DNA of 64,000 bases from Paludibacteraceae bacterium (GCA_017938155.1 JAGBCD010000004.1:662-64661); one strand, 5' to 3'; numbered from the stretch's first letter, positions 40,320 through 49,565 are shown. Numbers and translations: made by a program. The notes: generated by a model from the letters alone, not told the origin.

Positions 40320-41663
40320 TTCAGCGAGTTGCAGTGTATATCCATCTGTCATTCCAGAGATATAGTCTGTGATGAGCATAAACTTCTTGTATGCGTCACT
40401 TGGAGTAGAGTTTCCCTCTTCGCATGCTTTGTTCCAGTAGTTTTCTGAAAATCCATCTTCCATGAATGTCTCGGGAGATAGGTGATTGTCGGTAAAGAGT
40501 TTTACCATATAGTATTGCAGTAGGTATCCAATGGCTTGCTTGCCCATTTCCTCTTTATCCACTGCAGCATGTGACTTGAAGTTGTATATATCCAATTCTT
40601 TGAAGATTGGTTTATATGCTTTCATTGGGGATGCACCTATTAGGTCTTGCATGAATGTCCCGTTTACTATTTGCTCTACATGGTTCACAAATGTTTCCAC
40701 GCAGGCATTGAGCATTTGTCCTTGCATCTTGATGCGTAATTGGTGTAAGAATTGCTCATCATTTATTTGCGACGGAATATTATCTACCAACCATTGTTGG
40801 CATCCATATTTGTCGAAAGTTTGTTTTATATCTTCTATTCCAAATGCTCCCACTTTGGCTCCATCTTCGATGTCACAAACCAGATATGCTATATCGTCGG
40901 CGGCCTCTAACACGAAAGTAAGTGGATGGCGTTGATTGGGTTGTAGGCCTAATGTTTGGTATATTGTGTTGTATTCAGCTTCGTTGCAGTCGAAGTAACC
41001 GAACTTCTCTTGCATATGATTTTCTGCTTCGTTTTTGGGTTTATTGCCTGTTAGGGAATCGTATGGGTATTTGATAAAGGCACTTAACGTAGGCATGGTT
41101 AGATTAAAATTCACCACACCCAGATTGAGTAGTATTCTTAGTCCTTGTGCGTTGCCATCAAAATGTTCAAAGTCGCTTCGTTGACGAGGAGTTAGGGATT
41201 GGTATGCTTTTTTGATGGGTTCTGGAATATCGGCGTTGGGTATGTTTTTGAAGAACGATTGTATATATTTCTCTGTAGTATGTCCAAAGGGAGGATTGCC
41301 TATATCGTGAACCAGTCCTACTACCTCCAGAATAGAAGATATCCATCTTGCTTGATGTATATCGGCGTCTAATAATCCTTTTTTATATAATAGTTCTTCT
41401 ATTCCTCTACCCATATCTTTGGCAAATCGAGACACCTCGATGGAGTGTGTGAGGCGTGTTCTCACAAAATCGTTTTCTGCCAGCGGGTACACTTGTGCTT
41501 TGTCTTGCAGTCGGCGTAAGGGAGCAGATAGCAACACTCGCGAATAGTCGCTTTCAAAGGGTGTACGAGGATCTGTTTCGGGGCGTGATGCAATTGAGCT
41601 ATGTTGCAATCGTATGGGTTGCAACATTTGTCTAAGCTTTGTGGATATATTTCTATTGGTCAT
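40308..41663 (-). CDS. dgt: dGTPase-family deoxynucleoside triphosphate triphosphohydrolase (HD domain)
   Basis: RTPFESDYSRVLLSAPLRRLQDKAQV, RLTHSIEVS and HDIGNPPFGH motifs; 451 aa. Confidence 0.85.
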   Translation of the reverse strand: MTNRNISTKLRQMLQPIRLQHSSIASRPETDPRTPFESDYSRVLLSAPLRRLQDKAQVYPLAENDFVRTRLTHSIEVSRFAKDMGRGIEELLYKKGLLDADIHQARWISSILEVVGLVHDIGNPPFGHTTEKYIQSFFKNIPNADIPEPIKKAYQSLTPRQRSDFEHFDGNAQGLRILLNLGVVNFNLTMPTLSAFIKYPYDSLTGNKPKNEAENHMQEKFGYFDCNEAEYNTIYQTLGLQPNQRHPLTFVLEAADDIAYLVCDIEDGAKVGAFGIEDIKQTFDKYGCQQWLVDNIPSQINDEQFLHQLRIKMQGQMLNACVETFVNHVEQIVNGTFMQDLIGASPMKAYKPIFKELDIYNFKSHAAVDKEEMGKQAIGYLLQYYMVKLFTDNHLSPETFMEDGFSENYWNKACEEGNSTPSDAYKKFMLITDYISGMTDGYTLQLAERVR

Positions 41664-41680
41664 ATATGTAAATTATTCAA

Positions 41681-41873
41681 TTTCAAAGTTTATCGCAACT
41701 TCGTTGCTGTTTCAGGGTTTCAAAGTTTCACCGCTTCGCTGTTTCAGAGATTCATCGCACCTACGGTGCTGTTTCAAAGTTCCAGGTTTCACCGCTTCGC
41801 TGTTTCAATGTTTCATAACTCATAACTCCTCCCCCATCGGGTACCCAAAAGTAAACGACCTGTTTATTTTGGG
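41681..41873 (+). repeat. repeat locus R2 (module A x5 units, short module B, module-C-type start hairpin)
   Basis: Hairpins GCAAC-ttc-GTTGC (41695-41707) and GCACC-tac-GGTGC (41757-41769), each followed by tgtttca. A G-free tract spans 41811-41838. The cccaaaagtaaac/gtttattttggg hairpin spans 41844-41873. Confidence 0.88.
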
Positions 41874-41878
41874 ATTTT

Positions 41879-43228
41879 TTATTTTCCGATACAGAACTTA
41901 CTAAATATATTATTCAGTACTTCTTGTGATGTTATATGTCCAGTCACTTCTCCCATTGCTTGTAGGCAGTCGTGCAAGTCCATTGATAAGAACTCGCCAC
42001 TGATTCCCTCATCCAGTCCTTGTTGTACGCGTTGAATAGCCTCATACCCACGTTGCAATGCTTCATAATGGCGAGCATTCGATAGCATCACGGTACTGGG
42101 TTGGTATTGTTCACGATAGAAGGCCACCATAGCTTCTTTCAGTGCAGACACATCGCCCTCTTTGGCCGAGAGAATGATGCCGTCACTTAGGGAAGAGGTA
42201 TCGGTGATCAAGTCTGACTTGTTGTATAGTTTTAGTACATGTTTGTTTTGCAGTACGTCTAACATCTCTTCTTGCATAAAGTCTTTCAAACTCAGTGCTG
42301 CATCTTGTTGTGCATCAATGACCCAGAGTATGATGTGTGCTTTGCTGGTGGCTTGTTTGCTTCGTTCTATGCCCAGGTTCTCTATCATATCATCGGTACT
42401 TCGTATACCAGCCGTATCTATGAGGCGAAACATCATGCCATCGATTATTAGCGTATCTTCGACCGTGTCTCTTGTCGTTCCTCCTATGGAGCTGACGATG
42501 GCACGTTCTTCGCCCAGCAAGGCATTAAGAAGCGTTGATTTGCCAGCATTCGGTTGTCCGATAATGGCTACAGGGATGCCATTTTTGATAGCGTTGCCAG
42601 TACGGAATGTATTGAGTAGAGATGATAATTGCTCTGCTATTGTATCCGCCAACTGATGTAGTTGCGAACGATCGGCAAACTCCAAGTCTTCGTGGTCTGC
42701 AAAGTCCAGTTCGAGTTCGATAAGTGAAGTGAATTTCAATAACTCTTCGCGCAATGCTTGCAATGCTTTGGATATACCGCCACGCAGTTGACTCAATGCC
42801 AAGTCTTTCTCGGCTTTGGATTGGGATGCAATCAAGTCGGCCACAGCCTCGGCACGAGTAAGGTCCAACTTACCATTTAGGAAAGCTCGTTGTGTAAACT
42901 CTCCTGCTCGTGCCATTTGACAACCAGCGTTGATTAACCATTGCAATAAGGTTTGTTGGATATACATACTACCATGGCAGGCTATTTCCACCACGTCCTC
43001 ACCAGTATAACTATGTGGATTGCGGAATACGCTTACCATCACTTCGTCTAATATCTCCTCACCTTGTTGAATGAGTCCATAACGAATACTATTGGCAGGG
43101 ACGTCGCACAAGGCTTGACGTCCTTTGAATATTCTGTCCGTTATGCTGATAGCCTCACTACCGCTCACACGGATGACGGCGATACCTCCATTACCATATG
43201 GGGTAGATATTGCACAAATCGTTTTCAT
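41879..43228 (-). CDS. mnmE: tRNA modification GTPase MnmE
   Basis: N-terminal TICAISTP, G-domain GQPNAGKST and DTAG motifs, terminal FCIGK. Confidence 0.94.
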   Translation of the reverse strand: MKTICAISTPYGNGGIAVIRVSGSEAISITDRIFKGRQALCDVPANSIRYGLIQQGEEILDEVMVSVFRNPHSYTGEDVVEIACHGSMYIQQTLLQWLINAGCQMARAGEFTQRAFLNGKLDLTRAEAVADLIASQSKAEKDLALSQLRGGISKALQALREELLKFTSLIELELDFADHEDLEFADRSQLHQLADTIAEQLSSLLNTFRTGNAIKNGIPVAIIGQPNAGKSTLLNALLGEERAIVSSIGGTTRDTVEDTLIIDGMMFRLIDTAGIRSTDDMIENLGIERSKQATSKAHIILWVIDAQQDAALSLKDFMQEEMLDVLQNKHVLKLYNKSDLITDTSSLSDGIILSAKEGDVSALKEAMVAFYREQYQPSTVMLSNARHYEALQRGYEAIQRVQQGLDEGISGEFLSMDLHDCLQAMGEVTGHITSQEVLNNIFSKFCIGK

Positions 43229-43243
43229 TATATATCGTTCTTA

Positions 43244-44017
43244 TTATAGTTTAACAAAGCGCAACATACACCACTCATTTTTGTTGTAGGTCGCAGTATG
43301 AGACAGCCCTACTTCTTGGGCACGCGCGACAAGGTTAGGTACGTCTGATGCATAGAAGCCGCTCAGCCACACTTCTCCTTGTGGTAATAGATAGGCTGCA
43401 TAGGAAGGAAGTTGGTCTATTAGTACGTTTCGATGGATATTGGCCATAATGAGATCATATTGTCCTGCTGGAGGCACTGAACCCACTTGTACTGTGATCT
43501 CCTCACCATTATGTGTGGCATTGTCTCGTGCATTATCTACACTCTTGTCATCTATATCTACGGCTAGCACCTCTCCTGCTCCACAACGTTTGGCCATGAT
43601 AGCCAAGACACCGGTACCGCATCCCATATCCAACACGGACGAAGTATCCTTGAGCAAATGACTACCACGAGCAGCCAACAACGCATCTATCATCATGCTG
43701 GTTGTCTCATGGTGTCCTGCACCAAAGGCGCAACATGGTGTGATATGCACCCCTAATGCCAACTCTTGGTCTGCATGTTCAGCATCCCATACGGCATTCC
43801 AGTTTGCGTCCTCACAGGCACGCACATCTATCATGGTGACACCAGGAGTGGAGTCCACCAATGTTTGTAAGGATAGTAAATCAAACTGGGCTGTTTGGAT
43901 ATAAGCTTCGCTTTCATTAAAAGCCTCAAAACCTATATCTGCCAACTGTTGTTCAAATAGGTCTTTCTCCCACTCATGGGCAAAGGAATAATCAAAACAA
44001 GCTACTGTGTATTGCAT
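43244..44017 (-). CDS. prmA: ribosomal protein L11 methyltransferase
   Basis: SAM-binding LDMGCGTGVLAI and AVDID motifs; PrmA-type N-terminal domain. Confidence 0.85.
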   Translation of the reverse strand: MQYTVACFDYSFAHEWEKDLFEQQLADIGFEAFNESEAYIQTAQFDLLSLQTLVDSTPGVTMIDVRACEDANWNAVWDAEHADQELALGVHITPCCAFGAGHHETTSMMIDALLAARGSHLLKDTSSVLDMGCGTGVLAIMAKRCGAGEVLAVDIDDKSVDNARDNATHNGEEITVQVGSVPPAGQYDLIMANIHRNVLIDQLPSYAAYLLPQGEVWLSGFYASDVPNLVARAQEVGLSHTATYNKNEWCMLRFVKL

Positions 44018-44020
44018 GAT

Positions 44021-44629
44021 TTACCATTGGTTATAGTGAACATTATCTTCATTCCATTTGTCTTTCACCTCAGGCGATTCAGCGGGTACACCTATAGGAA
44101 CGATGCATAGCGGAATGATATGTTCGGGCAGGTCTAATAGTTCTTGCACCAATGCCACATACGACATATTAGGATGAATACCAGTCCATACGGCACCCAA
44201 ACCCATTGCATGTGCTGCTAATAGTATGTTTTGCGTAGCTGCCGACACATCGTTAATCCAAAAGTCGGGGCTCTGTTTCAGCGCCTTGGTCATGTCACCA
44301 CAAGGAATGATAGCGCATGCAGGATGATTGCCACAGCGTGAGTATGGCAATGCCTCTCCTATGGTAGCCAGCAACTCGGGATCATCCACCACAACGAATG
44401 CCCAGGGTTGACTATTCATAGCACTCGGAGCTGCCATTGCGCAACGCAGCAATGTATCCAACTGGTTGGAAGAGATACTATCGCCTGTAAACTGACGAAC
44501 ACTAACGCGAGTCATGATAGACTCAATAGGGGTAATCGTTTTCATGTTATCATCGTTTGTAGAAGGACTATTGCAACCCATCAGCAAAAGCATTGAGAGT
44601 GCAAAAATCAAATGTTTATTTATGTTCAT
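44021..44629 (-). CDS. nitroreductase-family protein with a lipoprotein-type signal peptide
   Basis: Lipobox LLLMGC; nitroreductase motifs RVSVRQF and APSAMNSQPW. Confidence 0.8.
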   Translation of the reverse strand: MNINKHLIFALSMLLLMGCNSPSTNDDNMKTITPIESIMTRVSVRQFTGDSISSNQLDTLLRCAMAAPSAMNSQPWAFVVVDDPELLATIGEALPYSRCGNHPACAIIPCGDMTKALKQSPDFWINDVSAATQNILLAAHAMGLGAVWTGIHPNMSYVALVQELLDLPEHIIPLCIVPIGVPAESPEVKDKWNEDNVHYNQW

Positions 44630-44712
44630 ACGTTAGATTTTGTTAGCATTATTAAATTGTATAACCTAAAACGCAAAAGTACGATTTATTTTGCACATAC
44701 ACAAAAAAAACG

Positions 44713-44720
44713 TAATTTTG
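44713..44720 (+). promoter_or_regulatory. -7 box TAATTTTG for folC
   Basis: Matches TAnnTTTG, 21 nt upstream of the ATG at 44741. Confidence 0.5.
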
Positions 44721-44740
44721 CAAACAAATTAACTTCATCT

Positions 44741-46090
44741 ATGGACTACTCACAGACTCTCGCATACCTTTATGCTTCGCAACCTGCTTTTCATCTCATA
44801 GGAGCCGCAGCCTACAAGCCTGGTTTTGATAATATTCTTCAGCTCATGTCGCATCTGGGCAATCCGCACCAGAAGCTGCGTTGTATTCACGTAGCTGGCA
44901 CCAATGGCAAAGGTAGCACATCGCATCTGCTGGCTGCCACCTTATTGCGTGCAGGGTTGAAGGTAGGTTTATATACGAGTCCGCATTTAATAGACTTCAG
45001 GGAAAGGATACGCGTGTTTACTCCTTTCAAGGATGCACCTTCAGACGTTATTACTCAATCGACAATGATACCGGAAGAGCAAGTGGTCCAATTTGTACGA
45101 GACCACCAAGCGGTATTGGAATTGATACAGCCATCGTTCTTTGAGACCACGTTTGCCATGGCTGCCAACTATTTTGTAGAGCAGCAGGTGGATATCGCGG
45201 TGATAGAAGTAGGGTTAGGTGGAGCGCTGGATGCTACAAATATCATCACACCTATTCTGTCAGTCATTACTAATATCGGCATCGACCATACGGAGTTTCT
45301 CGGCAGTACCTTAGCCAGTATTGCTCAGCAGAAAGCGGGTATCATCAAACCGCACGTACCTTGTGTAATAGGCGAAGCCAATGATGAGACATGGGACGTT
45401 TTTGTGCGTCAAGCTCAAGCTTGTGATATATGGGGCGAAGGGTTAGAGACCAGCACATGTAGGATATGGCGGGCTGACTGGTGCAATTTCTTGAAGAAGA
45501 GACGTCGTCTTCGTGTACCTACTTGTCAACTCACGGGGGCTTATCAAGAGCATAATATGCAGACGGCATATGTTGCATTGCAGGCCTTACGTTATGCCGA
45601 CCCTACACTTCCTCTCATGCGTGACCAGTACATCGCTGATGCCTATGCGCACGTAATAGACTGGACGGGACTAATGGGTAGATGGCAAGTTATTGAGCAA
45701 GAGCCAATGGTGATTTGCGACACGGGTCATAATAGTCATGGACTGAAGTATGTCATGCAACAGTTGCGTGATTTGCAAACCTCTACCAACACATTGAGGA
45801 TTGTATTGGGCATGGTGCAGGACAAGGATATAGACCAAGTGCTACCTTTATTGCCTAAAGATGCTGTATATTATTTCACACAAGCCAACACGTCTCGCGC
45901 TATACCTGCGGAGCAGTTGCTTAAAAAGTATCAGAAACACATAGGAGAAGAAGTTGCAATACATGCATCTGCCTATGCTACGGTGCCACTGGCACTCCAA
46001 CAAGCCAAACGTGATGCACAACCTCAAGATATAATCTTCATCGGTGGTAGCAACTATATTGTTGGCGAAGCCTTACATCATATTCGTTAG
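44741..46090 (+). CDS. folC: bifunctional folylpolyglutamate synthase / dihydrofolate synthase
   Basis: VAGTNGKGST P-loop; Mur-ligase-like middle domain. The start was set at MDYSQTLAYLY, downstream of the promoter box. Confidence 0.88.
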   Translation: MDYSQTLAYLYASQPAFHLIGAAAYKPGFDNILQLMSHLGNPHQKLRCIHVAGTNGKGSTSHLLAATLLRAGLKVGLYTSPHLIDFRERIRVFTPFKDAPSDVITQSTMIPEEQVVQFVRDHQAVLELIQPSFFETTFAMAANYFVEQQVDIAVIEVGLGGALDATNIITPILSVITNIGIDHTEFLGSTLASIAQQKAGIIKPHVPCVIGEANDETWDVFVRQAQACDIWGEGLETSTCRIWRADWCNFLKKRRRLRVPTCQLTGAYQEHNMQTAYVALQALRYADPTLPLMRDQYIADAYAHVIDWTGLMGRWQVIEQEPMVICDTGHNSHGLKYVMQQLRDLQTSTNTLRIVLGMVQDKDIDQVLPLLPKDAVYYFTQANTSRAIPAEQLLKKYQKHIGEEVAIHASAYATVPLALQQAKRDAQPQDIIFIGGSNYIVGEALHHIR

Positions 46091-46098
46091 CGAGGATT

Positions 46099-46307
46099 GT
46101 TTCAACGCACCTGCGGTGCTGTTTCAGGGTTTCAAAGTTTCTCCGCTTCGCTGTTTCAGCATTTCATCGCACCTGCCCAATTCCCTATCTCTCTGTAGGC
46201 ACTATGTGCCGTCCTCTAAACAGTAGGGCTCTGCCCGTCCTCTAAACTGAGCGCTTGCGCTCACCAATTACCAATTACCTATTACCTATTACCAATCCCC
46301 AATCACC
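46099..46307 (+). repeat. repeat locus R3 (module A x3, module D, G-free 7-9-nt tandem repeats CAATTACC/TATTACC)
   Basis: Hairpin GCACC-tgc-GGTGC-tgtttca at 46107-46119. Module D at 46189-46221. A G-free run spans 46261-46312 and contains the M23 stop codon. Confidence 0.88.
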
Positions 46308-47535
46308 TTCTCGCTCCCATCTCATACCCTTGGCATATGCTATCAAATGCAGGGCGTAGATTGTCGGGAATAGGTTCTACTGGAGGAGAAACCATTTTGA
46401 GAGGGTCGATAGGTGTACCACCTTTCCATACACGAAAATCGAGGTGAGGACCTGTGCTATTACCTGTTGAACCAACATAACCGATCACTTGTCCTTGTGA
46501 CACGTGTTTGCCTACAGCTATATCTTTGCCATACTTGCTTAGGTGTAGATAGGCGGTGGTATAGGTAGAGTTATGTCGAATCTTTACGGTATGTCCACCA
46601 CCCCCTTTGTATCCTTTTTGTATCACGACTCCGTCACCGATACTTACGACTGGTGTACCAGCTGGAGCGGCATAGTCAACGCCTGTATGTGGGCGAACAG
46701 TCTTGAAGATAGGGTGACGACGTGCATAGGTAAAACGTGAAGAAATACGTTTGTAGTTCAATGGTGCTTTGAGGAAGGCTTTGCGGAGACTATTTCCTTT
46801 CTCGTCAAAGTACCCACGGATAGGTTTCTCGGGAGGTGTTGGTAGGTCGGAACTATCAAACCAATAGGCTTTTTGCCATTTGTTGGCATGATAGAAATCG
46901 CATGCAAAGATTTTCCCTATACCGATGCGTGCATCATCCACAAATTGTTCTTCATAATAAACGCGGATGGAGTCACCTTTTTGCAGTCCAAAGAAGTCAA
47001 TGGTCCATGCATAAATATCACTTAGTTCCAATGCCAATTCCACGGGTAGGTCGTTATTGGTCATGGCTGCCCATAAACTGGAATTGATTACCACTTCTGC
47101 ACGGCGTTCTTGTGTACAAACAGGTTTCTCGCAGCGTTCAACGTGTAGTGAGTCGTGCAAGTGAATAACATGTGCTACTCGTACATTCTCTTTGTAAACG
47201 AAATAGTGTAGCACATCGGTTCCCAAACTATCTTTTTGATAGAGGCAATAATATTCTTTACCTGGACGAATGCTCCGAACATCAAACACCGAGCGATCGA
47301 GGGTTGTTATTTGTGCTATTTGTTTGGCAGTTGCTCCGTGCCGGTTCAATATCCCGCCTAATGTCTCTCCTGAACGAATGCTGCTTGTATCTACTCTAAA
47401 AGAGTCGATGGGTAACCCAAATTCATAGCGAACACTTGGTTGAGAATCTTCACTATAAAACACAGAGGAATCCCCTCCCGATTTATTACAACTCACCATT
47501 GCAATCAACAATAGGGGAAGAATTAACTTTTTCAT
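46303..47535 (-). CDS. M23-family peptidoglycan metalloendopeptidase, lipoprotein
   Basis: Lipobox MVSC; HTGVDYAAPAGTPV and GSTGNSTGPHLDF motifs. Confidence 0.88.
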   Translation of the reverse strand: MKKLILPLLLIAMVSCNKSGGDSSVFYSEDSQPSVRYEFGLPIDSFRVDTSSIRSGETLGGILNRHGATAKQIAQITTLDRSVFDVRSIRPGKEYYCLYQKDSLGTDVLHYFVYKENVRVAHVIHLHDSLHVERCEKPVCTQERRAEVVINSSLWAAMTNNDLPVELALELSDIYAWTIDFFGLQKGDSIRVYYEEQFVDDARIGIGKIFACDFYHANKWQKAYWFDSSDLPTPPEKPIRGYFDEKGNSLRKAFLKAPLNYKRISSRFTYARRHPIFKTVRPHTGVDYAAPAGTPVVSIGDGVVIQKGYKGGGGHTVKIRHNSTYTTAYLHLSKYGKDIAVGKHVSQGQVIGYVGSTGNSTGPHLDFRVWKGGTPIDPLKMVSPPVEPIPDNLRPAFDSICQGYEMGARR

Positions 47536-47563
47536 ACCAGCAATGCTATTTGTAGAATATGAC

Positions 47564-48307
47564 TTAAGCTTTTTTAGGATATTTACGGAACCAAGAGTTC
47601 ACTTTTAGACGAATAACACCCAATAGTGCTTCGGAGAATATGCCTCCTGACATTTTGCTGCTACCCAATACACGATTGACGAAGATGATAGGTACCTCTT
47701 GGATGCGGAAACCACATTGATGAGCCGTAAACTTCATTTCTATTTGGAAAGCATATCCTTTGAAACGTATCTTGTCCAGTTCGATAGTCTCGAGAACTTG
47801 TCTGCGGTAGCACAAGAAGCCTGCTGTAGTATCATGGATATCAACGCCCAATACCATGCGGACATACTTGCTGGCGAAATAACTCATCAACACGCGTCCC
47901 ATAGGCCAGTTGACCACGTTCACTCCTGTTACGTAACGGCTACCGATAGCAACGTCAGCACCTTGATTGGCACATGCGTCGTATAGTTTGAGCAGGTCTT
48001 GTGGGTTGTGAGAGAAGTCGGCATCCATCTCAAAGATATAGTCATATCCATGTTCGATAGCCCATTTGAAACCGCATATATAGGCAGTACCCAATCCTAA
48101 CTTGCCTGAACGTTCGACGATAAACAAACGGTCAGCATAGGTAGTTGCCATCAAGTCCTTTACTATGTTGGCGGTCCCATCAGGAGAACCGTCATCAATG
48201 ATGAGGACATGAAAATCAATAGGCAAACTCATAACTGCCTCGATGATAGCTGCTACGTTTTCTTTCTCGTTGTATGTAGGAATGATTACTAAACGGCTCA
48301 TACTCAA
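47564..48307 (-). CDS. GT2 polyprenol-phosphate mannosyltransferase (Dpm1-like)
   Basis: IIPTYNEKEN, IIDDGSPDGT and EMDADFSH motifs. Confidence 0.85.
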   Translation of the reverse strand: MSMSRLVIIPTYNEKENVAAIIEAVMSLPIDFHVLIIDDGSPDGTANIVKDLMATTYADRLFIVERSGKLGLGTAYICGFKWAIEHGYDYIFEMDADFSHNPQDLLKLYDACANQGADVAIGSRYVTGVNVVNWPMGRVLMSYFASKYVRMVLGVDIHDTTAGFLCYRRQVLETIELDKIRFKGYAFQIEMKFTAHQCGFRIQEVPIIFVNRVLGSSKMSGGIFSEALLGVIRLKVNSWFRKYPKKA

Positions 48308-48326
48308 AAATTGGGTTGGGTTGTGA

Positions 48327-49160
48327 TTAATAATTTAGGTTAACGTCACTCAAGCAATATACTGGGCTGGGGGTGATACGGTCCAGGGTACGAATAAAAT
48401 AGTCGGCACCTGCCATCACACCTTGTTTGTCCAGCAGTTGTTCTACCACAGTATTGTAAGCCAAACTGGGGTCATTATTTTCTTTGCTCAAGTGGCATAG
48501 GAAAATATTTCGTAATCCGTCATGGAAATTGTTGCACAATAGTTCTGCGCACGTCACGTTGCTTTGGTGTCCACGAGGAGATAATATGCGTTGTTTCAAG
48601 TAGGTAGGATAGGGTCCATTGAGTAATAGTTCTTCATCGTGGTTAGCTTCTATCACGATATGATTGGCTGTGCGTATGTATGCTGCCAAATCGTCGTTCG
48701 TTTCGCCGCAGTCGGTAGCTATCATAAAGCGTTGTCCACAGAAGTCAATTACGTAGCCCACACATTCGGTTGAATCGTGGTTGATACCAAAGGTATTGAT
48801 GCGCATGCCACACAGTTCCCATTCTTGTCCTTTGTCGAAGTAGCGTCGTGAGGTGCGCAGTTTCTCTTGCACGCCATAGTTACGATCAATACCTTCGTGA
48901 ATAAGGTGAGTAGAATAGATAGGCAGGTGTACACGTTCGCCCAAGGTGCCTACTGCACGGATATGGTCTGCATGGTCGTGTGTTACCAGTACACCCATGA
49001 TGTTGCAAAAATCCAAGTTCATCTCACGCAGATATTTCTGAATGCTACGCGCCGATATCCCCGCATCTATCAATATACCTTGATGAGGGGTACCGAGGTA
49101 GTAACAATTGCCACTGCTACCGCTGGCGAAACAACGAAATATGAACTTATTTTGCTCCAT
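48327..49160 (-). CDS. MBL-fold metallo-hydrolase
   Basis: THDHADH motif. The start was set at MEQNKFIFRCFASGSSGNCYY; the upstream part of the track ORF runs through the promoter and into repeat R4. Confidence 0.8.
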   Translation of the reverse strand: MEQNKFIFRCFASGSSGNCYYLGTPHQGILIDAGISARSIQKYLREMNLDFCNIMGVLVTHDHADHIRAVGTLGERVHLPIYSTHLIHEGIDRNYGVQEKLRTSRRYFDKGQEWELCGMRINTFGINHDSTECVGYVIDFCGQRFMIATDCGETNDDLAAYIRTANHIVIEANHDEELLLNGPYPTYLKQRILSPRGHQSNVTCAELLCNNFHDGLRNIFLCHLSKENNDPSLAYNTVVEQLLDKQGVMAGADYFIRTLDRITPSPVYCLSDVNLNY

Positions 49161-49175
49161 AAACTTAACAACCTG

Positions 49176-49183
49176 CAAAGATA
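49176..49183 (-). promoter_or_regulatory. -7 box TATCTTTG for the MBL-GT2-M23 gene string
   Basis: The reverse complement of caaagata matches TAnnTTTG, 16 nt upstream of the ATG. Confidence 0.5.
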
Positions 49184-49239
49184 ACACTTTTTTTTGAAAT
49201 AAACAAATCTTACCCTTGGAAAGCAGTTTATTGTTTATA

Positions 49240-49345
49240 GAACGCGCCGCGTTCGGTAACGAGATTGCATGAATGATATCGCTCTGCTCTATCATTGAAA
49301 GCAACTCCTACCTCCGCTCTCCCAAAATAAAGCAAACGTTTATTT
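49240..49345 (-). repeat. repeat locus R4, inverted module-C unit (left arm of a long inverted repeat)
   Basis: The reverse complement of 49248-49297 matches 49666-49715 and 49818-49867 with only a few mismatches. The palindrome gaacgcg-c-cgcgttc at 49240-49254 marks the junction. Confidence 0.85.
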
Positions 49346-49367
49346 TGGGTACCCAAGGATTGCTATT

Positions 49368-49400
49368 GTTTAGAGGACGGCACATAGTGCCTACAAAGAG
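49368..49400 (-). repeat. repeat locus R4, module D in inverted orientation
   Basis: The reverse complement ctctttgtaggcactatgtgccgtcctctaaac differs at one position from 46189-46221. Confidence 0.9.
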
Positions 49401-49433
49401 AATTGTTGATTGGTGCCCGAGGGCTATTTTAGA

Positions 49434-49565
49434 GTTTCAAAGTTTCACACCTTATGGTTGTTTCACTGCTTTGCTGTTTCAAGGTTTCATAACTCCCCAC
49501 ATCACTCATAACTCCTCCCACATCACTCATAACTTTCCCCACATCACTCATAACTCCTCCCCTAA
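49434..49565 (+). repeat. repeat locus R4, module A (3 units) plus module B (G-free 21-nt tandem repeats)
   Basis: gtttcaaagtttcac-ACC-ttat-GGT-tgtttca...; a G-free run spans 49485-49565, followed by the hairpin cctcccc-taagtta-ggggagg (49556-49576). Confidence 0.9.

Noticed and set aside
39786-40345. Track ORFs lying in repeat locus R1: 39786-39995(-), 39944-40207(+), 40002-40250(+) and 40037-40345(-).
   Set aside because: They are translations of tandem repeats (MSDVGGVMSDGGKV..., LFAMGKSGGT...). They overlap in several frames, have no promoter context and have repetitive, non-protein-like composition.
41844-41880. The hairpin cccaaaagtaaac/gtttattttggg followed by T-rich sequence might be the terminator for mnmE.
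   Set aside because: The T-run follows the hairpin only on the + strand, whereas mnmE is transcribed on the minus strand, where the stem is followed by GUACCC. The hairpin is part of the module-C start sequence seen at other loci.
49176-49183. The R4 inverted repeats might form an inverton that flips the promoter of the MBL-GT2-M23 genes.
   Set aside because: The only good TAnnTTTG box for these genes lies outside the inverted-repeat-bounded segment, to its left. Inversion would not move it, so any inverton role would have to involve a different, unseen promoter.
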